Of a stretch of DNA of 64,000 nt, positions 55,807 to 64,000 are shown in pieces. The stretch spans positions 161,163 to 225,162 of the forward strand of contig JALSQF010000010.1 in the NCBI GenBank assembly GCA_026985555.1, in the 5' to 3' direction. Made by a program: the position numbers and the translations under genes. The DNA comes from Candidatus Moraniibacteriota bacterium (GTDB lineage Bacteria; Patescibacteriota; Minisyncoccia; Moranbacterales; UBA9337). How positions within the stretch are numbered: the first letter of the stretch is position 1; every line of letters starts with the position of its first letter. The notes below the pieces were generated by a model. It was given only the letters and a program-made list of their open reading frames with translations, was not told the DNA's origin and searched no databases.

Positions 55807-56220
55807 TTATTCATTAGGGCAATGTTTTAATAAAAAACACTGAGGGCAATCCTCATCAGAACATTGATTATTCAGAAATAAAATAATTTTTTGTGTAATT
55901 ATACCTAAAAGAAATTCTATTTTTTTGCGCACTTCCTCATTGGGAAAAGAACCTTTTTCTTTCAAAAAATAATAACGCAAAGGTTCATAAATATTAGCTT
56001 CACTTAATAATTTTGTATTTTTCCAATAGCTTATTTGATTAAATAAACTTACCTGTTTATTTATATTTCTAATAACGAAATCCACATCAATTTCTTTTAA
56101 CATTTTTTCCTTCAAGATTCTTAAGTGAAAATCCAGATCATTTTTATAGGGACATTTTTTGTTCATTTCACATTTTTCACAAAGAATTTCTCCACATTTA
56201 CAAATCAAAATTTTTTCCAT
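55807..56220 (-). CDS. Cys-rich hypothetical protein (137 aa) with Cys clusters at both ends
   Basis: N-terminal CKCGEILCEKCEMNKKC and C-terminal CSDEDCPQCFLLKHC; likely metal-binding; no family recognised. Confidence 0.4.
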   Translation of the reverse strand: MEKILICKCGEILCEKCEMNKKCPYKNDLDFHLRILKEKMLKEIDVDFVIRNINKQVSLFNQISYWKNTKLLSEANIYEPLRYYFLKEKGSFPNEEVRKKIEFLLGIITQKIILFLNNQCSDEDCPQCFLLKHCPNE

Positions 56221-56429
56221 TTCTTTCCTCCTTGTTGTTTCCTTATGTTTTTAAAACAATTTTATAAAGAACTTTCTATTTTTAATTTTATGATTAATCC
56301 ATCATATATACTTTTATCAATTTAATCAATGTTTTTTAATTATTAATTTTTCTAAAAATTCAGCAACTAAATTCTTTACTTAAATTAAAAAATAAAACGG
56401 GATAAAAATATCCCGTTAATTTTCCTGTT

Positions 56430-56687
56430 TTAAAAATTTTTTGAAAAATAACATCCTATTTCTACTGCAATAACAGCTGTCCCTTCTCCCACTGAACAAC
56501 CATTACTCAGAATAAGATGCAATTGCTGTGATTCTTTTATACGAACACATACTCCTTCTATTTTCCCTGCTGTCGCTCCTTTCATTCCTCTTTTTTGAAA
56601 AATTATTTTTTTGCCTACTGGATTATTGATTTCACTAGCAGTTAAATAACAATTGATCATTTCTACTTTTTTTTCCGCAATTCTCAT
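56430..56687 (-). CDS. Hypothetical small protein (85 aa), beta-barrel-like composition
   Basis: ORF; GKIEGVCVRIKESQQLHLILSNGCSVGEGTAVIAVEIG vaguely resembles small double-psi/EutN-like barrels; not assignable. Confidence 0.35.
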   Translation of the reverse strand: MRIAEKKVEMINCYLTASEINNPVGKKIIFQKRGMKGATAGKIEGVCVRIKESQQLHLILSNGCSVGEGTAVIAVEIGCYFSKNF

Positions 56688-56737
56688 TTAAAAACCTCCT
56701 TTAATTTTTAAATTTAAAAAAGAACTTTTAAAACAAG

Positions 56738-56809
56738 TGCCCTCGTGAGGAATCGAACCTCAATTACAAGTTCCGCAAACTTGCGTCCTATCCGTTGAAC
56801 GACGAGGGC
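56738..56809 (-). tRNA. tRNA-Arg with anticodon GCG (unusual for bacteria, which normally use ACG to ICG)
   Basis: Minus-strand cloverleaf: acceptor GCCCUCG/CGAGGGC, D-arm GUUCAACGGAUAGGAC, anticodon stem-loop CAAGU-UUGCGGA-ACUUG (U33, G34 C35 G36), T-arm UGAGGUUCGAUUCCUCA, discriminator A, no CCA. Confidence 0.75.
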
Positions 56810-56837
56810 AAAACATTACTAGCGTAAATTATTTTCA

Positions 56838-57362
56838 CTAAATATGCAAGAGTCTTTCTAATACATCAACTAAGCTAGGTTTTTGTTTTTTTTGTGGTAA
56901 AAATTTAACCAATATCTTATGCACATCAACTGGATCAACTTGATGAAGAGGAAAATGAACGTAAGGAATAAAACGATTTTTCATTTTTAGACTAATAATT
57001 CTTCTATGCGGAGGATCATAAAAAATCCAAAATGATTCAGCTTCCTCAAAAAGATACAACTCATTACCTGCCACTATGCCACTTGGAGTAATACGAAAAT
57101 TTAATATTCTAGGTGGTTTTTCTAAATAAATATAACCCACCATACCAATCAAAATAAAAACTATAGCCATCAAAGGACTATCATTCCAAACAGCATAAAA
57201 CACTATTAAAGATAACAAAATAGAAGCTATTAAATACCAGCGATAATCTTTAGCATAATTTTCATATTCTGGACCTTGCCAATGCAATAAAGTTTTTGCG
57301 CCTTTCTTTTTTAAATTTAAACGATAAATTTCTTTTTCGTCAATTTCTTTTTCTTTATTCAT
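56838..57362 (-). CDS. Membrane protein (174 aa), unknown
   Basis: Two central TM helices (YLIASILLSLIVFYAVW, MAIVFILIGMVGYIYL); no family. Confidence 0.45.
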   Translation of the reverse strand: MNKEKEIDEKEIYRLNLKKKGAKTLLHWQGPEYENYAKDYRWYLIASILLSLIVFYAVWNDSPLMAIVFILIGMVGYIYLEKPPRILNFRITPSGIVAGNELYLFEEAESFWIFYDPPHRRIISLKMKNRFIPYVHFPLHQVDPVDVHKILVKFLPQKKQKPSLVDVLERLLHI

Positions 57363-57516
57363 TGTCTTTAATTTTTATCTTTAAAATATTTTTTTATAAA
57401 GAGTAATAAATATATGATAACATATTTGTTATATTCTACAAAATTTTATTTCAATCAGTTTTTAGCTAGACATTTTATATTCTTTTTGTTAGAGTAATAA
57501 AAGTTTATAAATATTA

Positions 57517-57606
57517 GGAAGCGTGCCTGAGTGGTTGAAAGGGCTTGCTTGGAGAGCAAGTGAGTCGGCAACGGCTCCGGGGGTTCGAATCCCTCCGCTT
57601 CCGCCA
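57517..57606 (+). tRNA. tRNA-Ser (anticodon GGA), class II with long variable arm, CCA encoded
   Basis: Acceptor GGAAGCG/CGCUUCC, anticodon stem-loop CUUGC-UUGGAGA-GCAAG, variable arm UGAGUCGGCAACGGCUC, T-arm GGGGGUUCGAAUCCCUC, 3' GCCA. Confidence 0.85.
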
Positions 57607-57812
57607 ATTTATAATTTTTGCATTTTTAAATAAATTAAGAATCTTTTTTTCTCTGGTTAAGAGAAAACTGAAACAGAAAAATTTTCTCTACATTTTTTAA
57701 TCGCGTACCTTAAAAATTTTTCTTTATTTGTTTTGTTAAATAAAATTTTTAAATTTTAATTTATAAGAGTAAATTATTTAAATAAAATAAAGAAAAAATT
57801 ATTTTTTATAAA

Positions 57813-58814
57813 CTATCTGCAAGAAATTCTCCAACTTTTTAAATCTTCTTTTTTCTTTAACCAACTAAACCTCATCTGATTAGCTTTTTTACAGAACTTT
57901 TTAGAATTACCACTATACTCTACTCCAAAAACAGCTTTATTTTTTTGTATAAACGGAATCAACTTATTACATTCTTTATATTCAAAACATTGTTCGTTAA
58001 TAGCAAAATCAAAATAATTTACTAAATCATTAACTTGTTCTAAATCATTTTTTAATCCAATAGCTAGTCCCTTTTTATGCGCTTCTTGAGACAACCAACG
58101 ATTATAATGCAGTTGATCATTATAATTTAAAGAAAATCCTGTTTTATTATCATAACCATCAACATTATCCGGCTCTACCGCATCACAATGCTTTTTCTTA
58201 GCTAAATCCAATCTTTCAATTATTACATTAGATAACAAATTTATTTTCCTAATATCTAGCCAGCGTTCCCCTGCCCAACCATCCATTTTCTTACCTAAAA
58301 CATTTTGAGAGAATTTATTTTTATCTGGTCTCCAGTTTTCATAGCTACCAGCGCTAAAATAACAAATAACTTTTTTACCTTGTTGATGTAATGCTTTAAT
58401 AACTTGAGCTGAATTGTCAAAAAGATCTATATCAAAAACTTGAGCAGAAACACTAATATCTAATTTTCCATCCAGTTGCCATTGCCAACTAAGTCCTGGT
58501 TTAGGGTGCCACCAAGTCGTTTCTACTGATTTTTTCTTTTCTTCTCTGTTGTTTGTATTCTGTTCTTTCTTTATATCTTTATTATTTTCAGTTTTTACTT
58601 CCTTTTCTGTTTGTTTGTTCTTCTCTGCTAAATTCTTACCTTCTTGTCTTAAACTATCTGTATTATTTTCATTTTTTGTTTTTTCTTCTTTTTTTGATTG
58701 TATTTGACTTGATTTATGAGGATCATAATCTAGTTTATAATATTTTTTAAACCATAAAACAGAAATGATTAAAAAAAACGCAAACAAAAAAACTATTACT
58801 TTTGATTTCTTCAT
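57813..58814 (-). CDS. Glycoside hydrolase family 114 (endo-alpha-1,4-polygalactosaminidase-like), membrane-anchored/secreted
   Basis: 333 aa: N-terminal TM/signal, low-complexity linker, then TTWWHPKPGLSWQWQLDGKLD...DIDLFD...KVICYFSAGSYENWRPD, matching GH114 (PelA-hydrolase-like TIM barrel) blocks. Confidence 0.7.
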   Translation of the reverse strand: MKKSKVIVFLFAFFLIISVLWFKKYYKLDYDPHKSSQIQSKKEEKTKNENNTDSLRQEGKNLAEKNKQTEKEVKTENNKDIKKEQNTNNREEKKKSVETTWWHPKPGLSWQWQLDGKLDISVSAQVFDIDLFDNSAQVIKALHQQGKKVICYFSAGSYENWRPDKNKFSQNVLGKKMDGWAGERWLDIRKINLLSNVIIERLDLAKKKHCDAVEPDNVDGYDNKTGFSLNYNDQLHYNRWLSQEAHKKGLAIGLKNDLEQVNDLVNYFDFAINEQCFEYKECNKLIPFIQKNKAVFGVEYSGNSKKFCKKANQMRFSWLKKKEDLKSWRISCR

Positions 58815-58999
58815 ATTAATTTTTTATTTTAATTTAATTATGCTATAAAGAATATTTATATAAAAAACCAAAAAATCTTCTTTTGCAATAATGATTTTAT
58901 TTTATAACAAAGAATAAAAATTTACAAAACTTATAAACCTTCTACAAATATTTTTATAATAAAAAAACTGCTTCATCTTAAGCAGTTTAAAAAATAATG

Positions 59000-59073
59000 C
59001 GGGGACGAAGGGACTCGAACCCTCGGCCTTCTGCGTGACAGGCAGACGCTCTAACCAGCTGAGCTACGCCCCC
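59000..59073 (-). tRNA. tRNA-Asp (anticodon GUC)
   Basis: Acceptor GGGGGCG/CGUCCCC (one G-U), anticodon stem-loop UCUGC-CUGUCAC-GCAGA, T-arm GAGGGUUCGAGUCCCUU, discriminator G. Confidence 0.85.
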
Positions 59074-59102
59074 AGTAAAAAAACATAAAAAAACAAAAAC
59101 CG

Positions 59103-59174
59103 TGCCGAGAGGCAGAATCGAACTGCCGACACAAGGATTTTCAGTCCTTTGCTCTACCACTGAGCTACCTCGGC
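59103..59174 (-). tRNA. tRNA-Phe (anticodon GAA)
   Basis: Acceptor GCCGAGG/UCUCGGC, anticodon stem-loop AAGGA-CUGAAAA-UCCUU, T-arm GGCAGUUCGAUUCUGCC, discriminator A. Confidence 0.85.
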
Positions 59175-59199
59175 TTATTATTTTTCATCAAAAAACTTG

Positions 59200-59273
59200 T
59201 TGCGGGGGTGGGATTTGAACCCACGACCTGGTGGTTATGAGCCACCCGAGCTGCCAGACTGCTCCACCCCGCG
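59200..59273 (-). tRNA. tRNA-Met (anticodon CAU), initiator-type
   Basis: CGCGGGGUGGAGCAGUCUGGCAGCUC...GGUGG-CUCAUAA-CCACC...GUGGGUUCAAAUCCCACCCCCGCAA: C1xA72 mismatch, A11:U24, and high similarity to E. coli tRNA-fMet. Confidence 0.8.
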
Positions 59274-59329
59274 ATATTAAACAAACTACTGTTATAGTAG
59301 TTTGTTTTAAAATAAAAGTCAATAATTTT

Positions 59330-59722
59330 TTATAACTCTGTTTGCCAGAGACCATGTTTATTACAATAAATTCTTACAAGAGCATTTTCTTCTCTACAAA
59401 CAAAATTAACCACGGGATCCATTCCTGGTTTTAAATATTTACGATGCAAGGTATTACCAGAAATTACTTCTACCCATTCAATGAAATGATCCTCTTCCAT
59501 AGGATGCCACTGACTTCCAATTTCAATTTTTAATATATCTCCTTCTTTTGTAACCACAGGCAAATGTTTTTCCTTGCCTTCTTGAGCTTCTTCTTGAAAA
59601 GCTTTTTTTAAAACCATTGGCTCTCCACAACAAATTAATTCTCCTCCTCCAACATTAGTTACTTCTACTTGATTTCCACAAATTTCACATTGATAAATTT
59701 CATTTTTAGTTTGAGTATTCAT
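59330..59722 (-). CDS. dfx: Desulfoferrodoxin (2Fe superoxide reductase)
   Basis: 130 aa: N-terminal desulforedoxin module YQCEICGNQVEVTNVGGGELICCGEPM plus a C-terminal SOR centre (EKHLPVV...H...EEDHFIEW...CNKHGLW). Confidence 0.85.
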   Translation of the reverse strand: MNTQTKNEIYQCEICGNQVEVTNVGGGELICCGEPMVLKKAFQEEAQEGKEKHLPVVTKEGDILKIEIGSQWHPMEEDHFIEWVEVISGNTLHRKYLKPGMDPVVNFVCREENALVRIYCNKHGLWQTEL

Positions 59723-60053
59723 AATTTTATTTTTAATTAGTTACAAAAAATATTATAACATATTTAAATAATTTTGTTAACTAGTTGTATATGTAAACGA
59801 TTTATAAATATTCCTATGAAATTAAATTTTAACTAGATTCACTAAAACTCAACTTTTATAAAATCTAAAAAATTAGACTTAGGAAATTTTCCTTTTCAAA
59901 TAGTTTTTTAGCTTGCTCTTTATTTTTAAAGATATATGTAAAATATTTATTGATTATGCAAATCAACAAAATAATACTAATATTTATTTGCCAAATAAAT
60001 ATTTTTCTAGTAAAGTTGAAATTAATAACTATTCTAATAAAAACTATTAAAAA

Positions 60054-61352
60054 ATGAAAATGAAAAAAATAATGAAAAAAGAAAAAGTAGCCGTTATTGG
60101 CTTAGGTTATGTGGGGTTACCTTTAGCTGTTCAAGCTTCCTTAAAAGGATATGAAGTTTATGGATTAGATAATGACAAACAGAAAATAAAGAAAATTAAA
60201 AAAAATCAATCACCTATTCAAGAAAAATTTTTAATTAAAAATATTCATCAAGCTAAAATTAAAGCTACCTGTAGATCTAGTGTTTTAAAAAAAGCAGACA
60301 TTATTTTAATTTGCGTTCCTACTCCTGTAGATAAAAATTTTTATCCTGATTTAAAACCCGTCAGAAAAGCAGTAGAAACTATTACTCATCATCTTAATTC
60401 AAAAAATAAACCATTAATAGTTATAGAATCTACTATTAATCCCGGCGTTTCAGAAGAAGTAGTAGAACCAATTTTTAGAGAAGCTGGTTATAAAGTAGGT
60501 CGGGATTATGAATTATCTCATTGTCCAGAACGTATTAATCCAGGAGATAGCCGCTGGAATGTAACTAATATCAACCGTGTAGTTGGATCTTTTACTAAAA
60601 GAGGTTTACAAAAAACTCTTAATTTCTATAAAGATATTATTGACGCAGAAATTTATCCCATGAAATCTATTCGTGAAGCAGAAGCTGTTAAAATTATTGA
60701 AAATTCTTTTCGTGATATTAATATTGCCTTTGTTAATGAGTTAGCTAAATCATTTGACAAATTAAATATTGATATAGTTGATGTTATTCAAGGCGCTTCT
60801 ACTAAACCCTTTGCTTTTATGCCCCATTGGCCTAGTTGTGGAGTAGGTGGACATTGTATACCTGTAGATCCTTATTACTTAATTGAACGCGCCAAACAAG
60901 CTGGTTTTAATCATAAATTTCTAAAAACAGCTAGAGAAATTAATAATTCTATGCCCGAATATACCGTGGAATTAATGCAAAATTCTCTGAATGAAATTAA
61001 AAAACCTTTAAATGGAACTAAAATTGGAATCTTGGGATTATCTTATAAAGCCAATGTGGATGATTTAAGAGAAACTCCTGCCTTTAAAATTATTGACTTA
61101 CTTAAAAAACAAAAAGCAAAGGTGTTAACTTTTGATCCTTATTTTCCTCAACTATCCGACGTTAAAAACCTCAAAGAACTTTTGCGTAAATCAGAGGCTA
61201 TTCTTTTGGTAACGGATCATAAAGAATTTAAATCAATAGAAGCAAAAGATTTTCAACGTTATAAAATCAAGGTTATTATTGATGGAAAAAATTGTTTAAA
61301 TAAGGAAGAAATAAAAAGAAAAAAAATTATTTATAAAGGTATTGGGCATTAG
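60054..61352 (+). CDS. Nucleotide-sugar 6-dehydrogenase (UDP-glucose/GDP-mannose/UDP-ManNAc dehydrogenase family)
   Basis: 432 aa: N-terminal Rossmann VAVIGLGYVGLPLA, catalytic Cys block GVGGHCIPVDP, C-terminal UDP-binding domain. Confidence 0.85.
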   Translation: MKMKKIMKKEKVAVIGLGYVGLPLAVQASLKGYEVYGLDNDKQKIKKIKKNQSPIQEKFLIKNIHQAKIKATCRSSVLKKADIILICVPTPVDKNFYPDLKPVRKAVETITHHLNSKNKPLIVIESTINPGVSEEVVEPIFREAGYKVGRDYELSHCPERINPGDSRWNVTNINRVVGSFTKRGLQKTLNFYKDIIDAEIYPMKSIREAEAVKIIENSFRDINIAFVNELAKSFDKLNIDIVDVIQGASTKPFAFMPHWPSCGVGGHCIPVDPYYLIERAKQAGFNHKFLKTAREINNSMPEYTVELMQNSLNEIKKPLNGTKIGILGLSYKANVDDLRETPAFKIIDLLKKQKAKVLTFDPYFPQLSDVKNLKELLRKSEAILLVTDHKEFKSIEAKDFQRYKIKVIIDGKNCLNKEEIKRKKIIYKGIGH

Positions 61353-61381
61353 TGTTTTAATTTCGTTTTAAATAAAAACCT

Positions 61382-61615
61382 ATGTTTAAATTAATAAAAC
61401 TAATTATTTGGCTAACAGGCATATTGACCCTTGCATGGTTTTTGCTTCATTTTCTAGGTTATAAAATAAATTATCAATATTTTCATTATTCTAAAAAAGC
61501 TTGTGAAAAAAAATTAAATCAATGCGAAAGACATTTAATTTACAACGGCATAAAACAACTTCAGTGCAATATAAAATGTGTCAATCCTAAATTATTTATT
61601 AAAAGAGAAAAATAA
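61382..61615 (+). CDS. Small membrane protein (77 aa) with a Cys-containing tail
   Basis: One TM helix (LIKLIIWLTGILTLAWFLL), then a C-x-K-rich tail; no family. Confidence 0.35.
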   Translation: MFKLIKLIIWLTGILTLAWFLLHFLGYKINYQYFHYSKKACEKKLNQCERHLIYNGIKQLQCNIKCVNPKLFIKREK

Positions 61616-61686
61616 GAAAGTTTCAAAGTTTTATTAACAACTTTAGAAAAATTGATGGTTTAGATTAGAATATATTTTTACATATT

Positions 61687-63078
61687 TTAATCACTAAATT
61701 CTTTTTGAAAAAAATCATCTAATTGATCTATAGATATTCTTTCTTGTTGCATTGTATCACGATCACGAAGAGTAACAGTATCGTTTTTTAAGGTATCAAA
61801 ATCAACTGTAACACAATAGGGTGTTCCAATCTCATCTTGCCTTCTGTATCTTTTTCCAATATTACCATTATCATCAAATTCACACATAAACTTAGACTTT
61901 AACTTATTGTAGATTGCACGCGCCTTTTGAACTAATTCTGGTTTATTTTTTAAAAGAGGGAAAATAGCTATTTTAATAGGAGCTAATGACTTAGAAAATT
62001 TTACTACCAATCTTTTTTTTCCATCTCCTAAATCTTCTTCCTTAAAAGCATCTGTAATGACCGCCAAAAATGTTCTATCCACTCCTACAGATGTCTCTAT
62101 AACATGAGGAATATATTTTTCGTTCTTTTGAGGATCATAATAAGATAAATCTTTACCTGAAAATTGGCTATGTTGTTTTAAATCATAATCAGTTCTATAA
62201 TGAATACCTTCTAATTCTTTAAAACCAAAAGGAAAATTATATTCAATATCCCAAGCTTCTTGAGCATAAAAAACTAGATTTTCATGTTGATGCCATTTTA
62301 AGTTTTTTTCCTGAATACCTAAATCTAAATAATATTGCCAACGTTTTTCTCTCCATTTTTTATAATTTTTTTTAGCCATTTCAGAATGAATAAAATATTG
62401 CATTTCCATTTGTTCAAATTCTCTTTTCCGAAAAATAAATTGTCTGGCAGTTATTTCATTACGAAAAGCTTTTCCAATTTGAGCAATACCAAAAGGAATT
62501 TTTTGCCGAGTGCTATCTAAAACATTTTTAAAATTAATATAAATTCCTTGGCAAGTTTCTCCCCTAAGATAAACAGAATCTTTTTCCCATTCTCCTGTAA
62601 AATTGCCTAAATTAGACTTAACTAAAAGGTTAAATTTCTTTACTTTTGAGAAGTTTCCTTTATTTCCACATTTTGGACATTTAATCTTATCCTTATTTTC
62701 ATCAAGTAGTTGATTAATTTCTTCCTCTGTCATTTTTTCATCAGCAAATATACCTGCATCCTCCAAAAGATGATCTGCCCTTATACGTGTATGGCATTGT
62801 TTGCATTCAGCCAGTGGATCACTAAAACCATCTACATGACCAGAGGCTTCCCAAACTTTAGGATGCATAAAAATGGAAGTATCTAATCCGACAATATTTT
62901 CATTTTCTTGCACCATTCTTTTCCACCAATTTTTTTTAATATTATTGGCTAATTCCACCCCATAGGGACCATAATCATAAACTGCGCTAAAACCTCCATA
63001 AATTTCACTAGAAGGAAAAACAAAACCCCTTCTTTTTGACCAACTAACAATTTTTTTCATCAGATCTTCATTATTCAT
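61687..63078 (-). CDS. glyQS: Glycine--tRNA ligase, dimeric alpha2 (GlyQS) type
   Basis: 463 aa: RRGFVFPSSEIYGG...GPYGVELANNIKKNWWKRMV..., class II motifs and a C-terminal anticodon-binding domain. Confidence 0.95.
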   Translation of the reverse strand: MNNEDLMKKIVSWSKRRGFVFPSSEIYGGFSAVYDYGPYGVELANNIKKNWWKRMVQENENIVGLDTSIFMHPKVWEASGHVDGFSDPLAECKQCHTRIRADHLLEDAGIFADEKMTEEEINQLLDENKDKIKCPKCGNKGNFSKVKKFNLLVKSNLGNFTGEWEKDSVYLRGETCQGIYINFKNVLDSTRQKIPFGIAQIGKAFRNEITARQFIFRKREFEQMEMQYFIHSEMAKKNYKKWREKRWQYYLDLGIQEKNLKWHQHENLVFYAQEAWDIEYNFPFGFKELEGIHYRTDYDLKQHSQFSGKDLSYYDPQKNEKYIPHVIETSVGVDRTFLAVITDAFKEEDLGDGKKRLVVKFSKSLAPIKIAIFPLLKNKPELVQKARAIYNKLKSKFMCEFDDNGNIGKRYRRQDEIGTPYCVTVDFDTLKNDTVTLRDRDTMQQERISIDQLDDFFQKEFSD

Positions 63079-63144
63079 ATTTCAAATAAATATAATTTAA
63101 TTATTTTTTATTAAAAATTAGATTTTATAGATTACTTTTTGTTT

Positions 63145-63861
63145 TCAGTTAAAAAATTTTTTTACTTTTTCTTTGTCAATATATTTATCATCTAATTTTT
63201 TTAATTCTGCTTCTAAATTATCAGCTTTAATTCTTCCTTCTTGCCATTCATTAAAAAACTTGAAATAAATTAATTTAGTTGCACCTCTAGGATATTCTTT
63301 AAAATAATCAGAAAAGTTTTCTAAAAAGCCATGCTGTCGTGTTACTTCATCTATTAATTGTTTTTCGTTATCACAAATAGTTTGAATATAATAAGACATT
63401 TTTTCTAAAGAATTATTTAATTTGTTCAGATAACTTTTTAAATTTTCTAAAATTTTATTTCTCTTTTCTTTATACTCATCTCTTTGTTTTTTTCCTTCTA
63501 AATAATACTCTCTTACATTTTGACGTAATTTTTTAATTTGACTCATCACCAAACCTAGTTCCATCATGGTAGAATTACCTACAATATCTACTAAACTATT
63601 ATTTTCTATCAAATCTAATTCTTCCTTACTTACTAAAATATTTACCTTTTCTGCTAAATTTATTAAATCATTTTCTACAATATTTTCTATAGTTACATAA
63701 TCATATCCTTGTTTTTTTATAATTCCTCTAGATATTTCTGTTTGATTTAAAAAATTTATATAAGCTTGCACTTTATCTAAAATATCATCTTTAATTTTTT
63801 CCCTTTTCTCTTTTTTACTTTCTTGATAAGAATAATTTATTTTTTCTAAAGAATTATTCAT
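63145..63861 (-). CDS. Coiled-coil hypothetical protein (238 aa)
   Basis: Long ORF, heptad-rich, no motif recognised. Confidence 0.4.
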   Translation of the reverse strand: MNNSLEKINYSYQESKKEKREKIKDDILDKVQAYINFLNQTEISRGIIKKQGYDYVTIENIVENDLINLAEKVNILVSKEELDLIENNSLVDIVGNSTMMELGLVMSQIKKLRQNVREYYLEGKKQRDEYKEKRNKILENLKSYLNKLNNSLEKMSYYIQTICDNEKQLIDEVTRQHGFLENFSDYFKEYPRGATKLIYFKFFNEWQEGRIKADNLEAELKKLDDKYIDKEKVKKFFN

Positions 63862-64000
63862 TGTTATTTATTTTTACTTCATCTTTATAATATAATTAGT
63901 ATCAAATATTTATCTAAAATAAGTATATCATCTCAAATTAAAAAAGAAATAGTTATAATAAAAATTTAGCTTCATCAGATACAAAAACACAATTTTTATA

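Noticed and set aside
11802-62520. Other short overlapping ORFs from the track: 11802-11987, 26113-26370, 31298-31480, 32684-32911, 36496-36759, 42686-42991, 44198-44410, 56125-56325, 58553-58750, 62335-62520
   Set aside because: Each is embedded antisense or out of frame in a longer, better-supported gene and has a low-complexity hydrophobic product typical of AT-rich spurious frames.
63079-63144. T-box leader upstream of glyQS
   Set aside because: The intergenic region is only ~65 nt and AT-rich. No specifier loop or T-box motif is possible in that space.
1-64000. Alternative genetic code (code 25, TGA=Gly, or code 4, TGA=Trp) suggested by two in-frame TGAs
   Set aside because: Long conserved genes (rpoB fragment, pyrG, lepA, dnaX, ftsI, glyQS) are uninterrupted under the standard code and contain no internal TGA. 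Genes end with TAA or TAG. Code 11 fits.

Overview
This window is an AT-rich bacterial chromosomal segment, roughly 30% GC by eye. Most genes end in TAA or TAG, and all conserved genes are intact under the standard code. Gene content and style (small proteins, dimeric glyQS-type GlyRS, desulfoferrodoxin, cohesin-domain protein, GT39/GT4 envelope genes, many sigma70-region-4 and membrane hypotheticals) point to a small-genome, probably anaerobic, CPR-like bacterium; this is inference, not proof. Housekeeping blocks: secE-nusG-rplK-rplA followed directly by rpoB (5' part, running off the window start); the dcw cluster mraZ-rsmH-ftsL-ftsI-murF; rtcB; dnaX; smpB plus ssrA (tmRNA); infC-rpmI-rplT; rpmA; pyrG; rplI; lepA; thiI; dfx; a nucleotide-sugar dehydrogenase; glyQS; and 11 tRNA genes. 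Accessory and unusual content: (i) a 3.5 kb gene for a 1160-aa TPR-like repeat protein with eight near-identical 99-120 bp internal tandem repeats, itself flanked by two 135-bp direct repeats (2 mismatches) that reuse the same sequence as both the gene's 3' coding end and its 5' UTR plus start; (ii) a GC-richer, hairpin-dense 0.4 kb non-coding segment next to murF that looks like a structured RNA I cannot name; (iii) two tandem HNH endonuclease genes, an AlkD-like pseudogene and a DUF5320-like Gly/Arg-rich mini-protein between tRNA-Gln and smpB; (iv) a secreted lectin-like protein with a frameshifted dockerin-like tail next to a cohesin-domain protein; (v) a single Xer-type tyrosine recombinase with an adjacent dif-like inverted repeat, a GC-richer non-coding block and a 55-aa hydrophobic mini-ORF; (vi) a three-gene module of a sigma70-region-4 HTH protein, a membrane protein and a soluble TraG/VirD4-like ATPase with a C-terminal zinc ribbon; (vii) a decaying TolB-like beta-propeller pseudogene; (viii) a cell-envelope glycan cluster. 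No CRISPR array, reverse transcriptase, transposase or rRNA was seen. All family assignments rest on motif recognition by eye and need HMM or BLAST confirmation.
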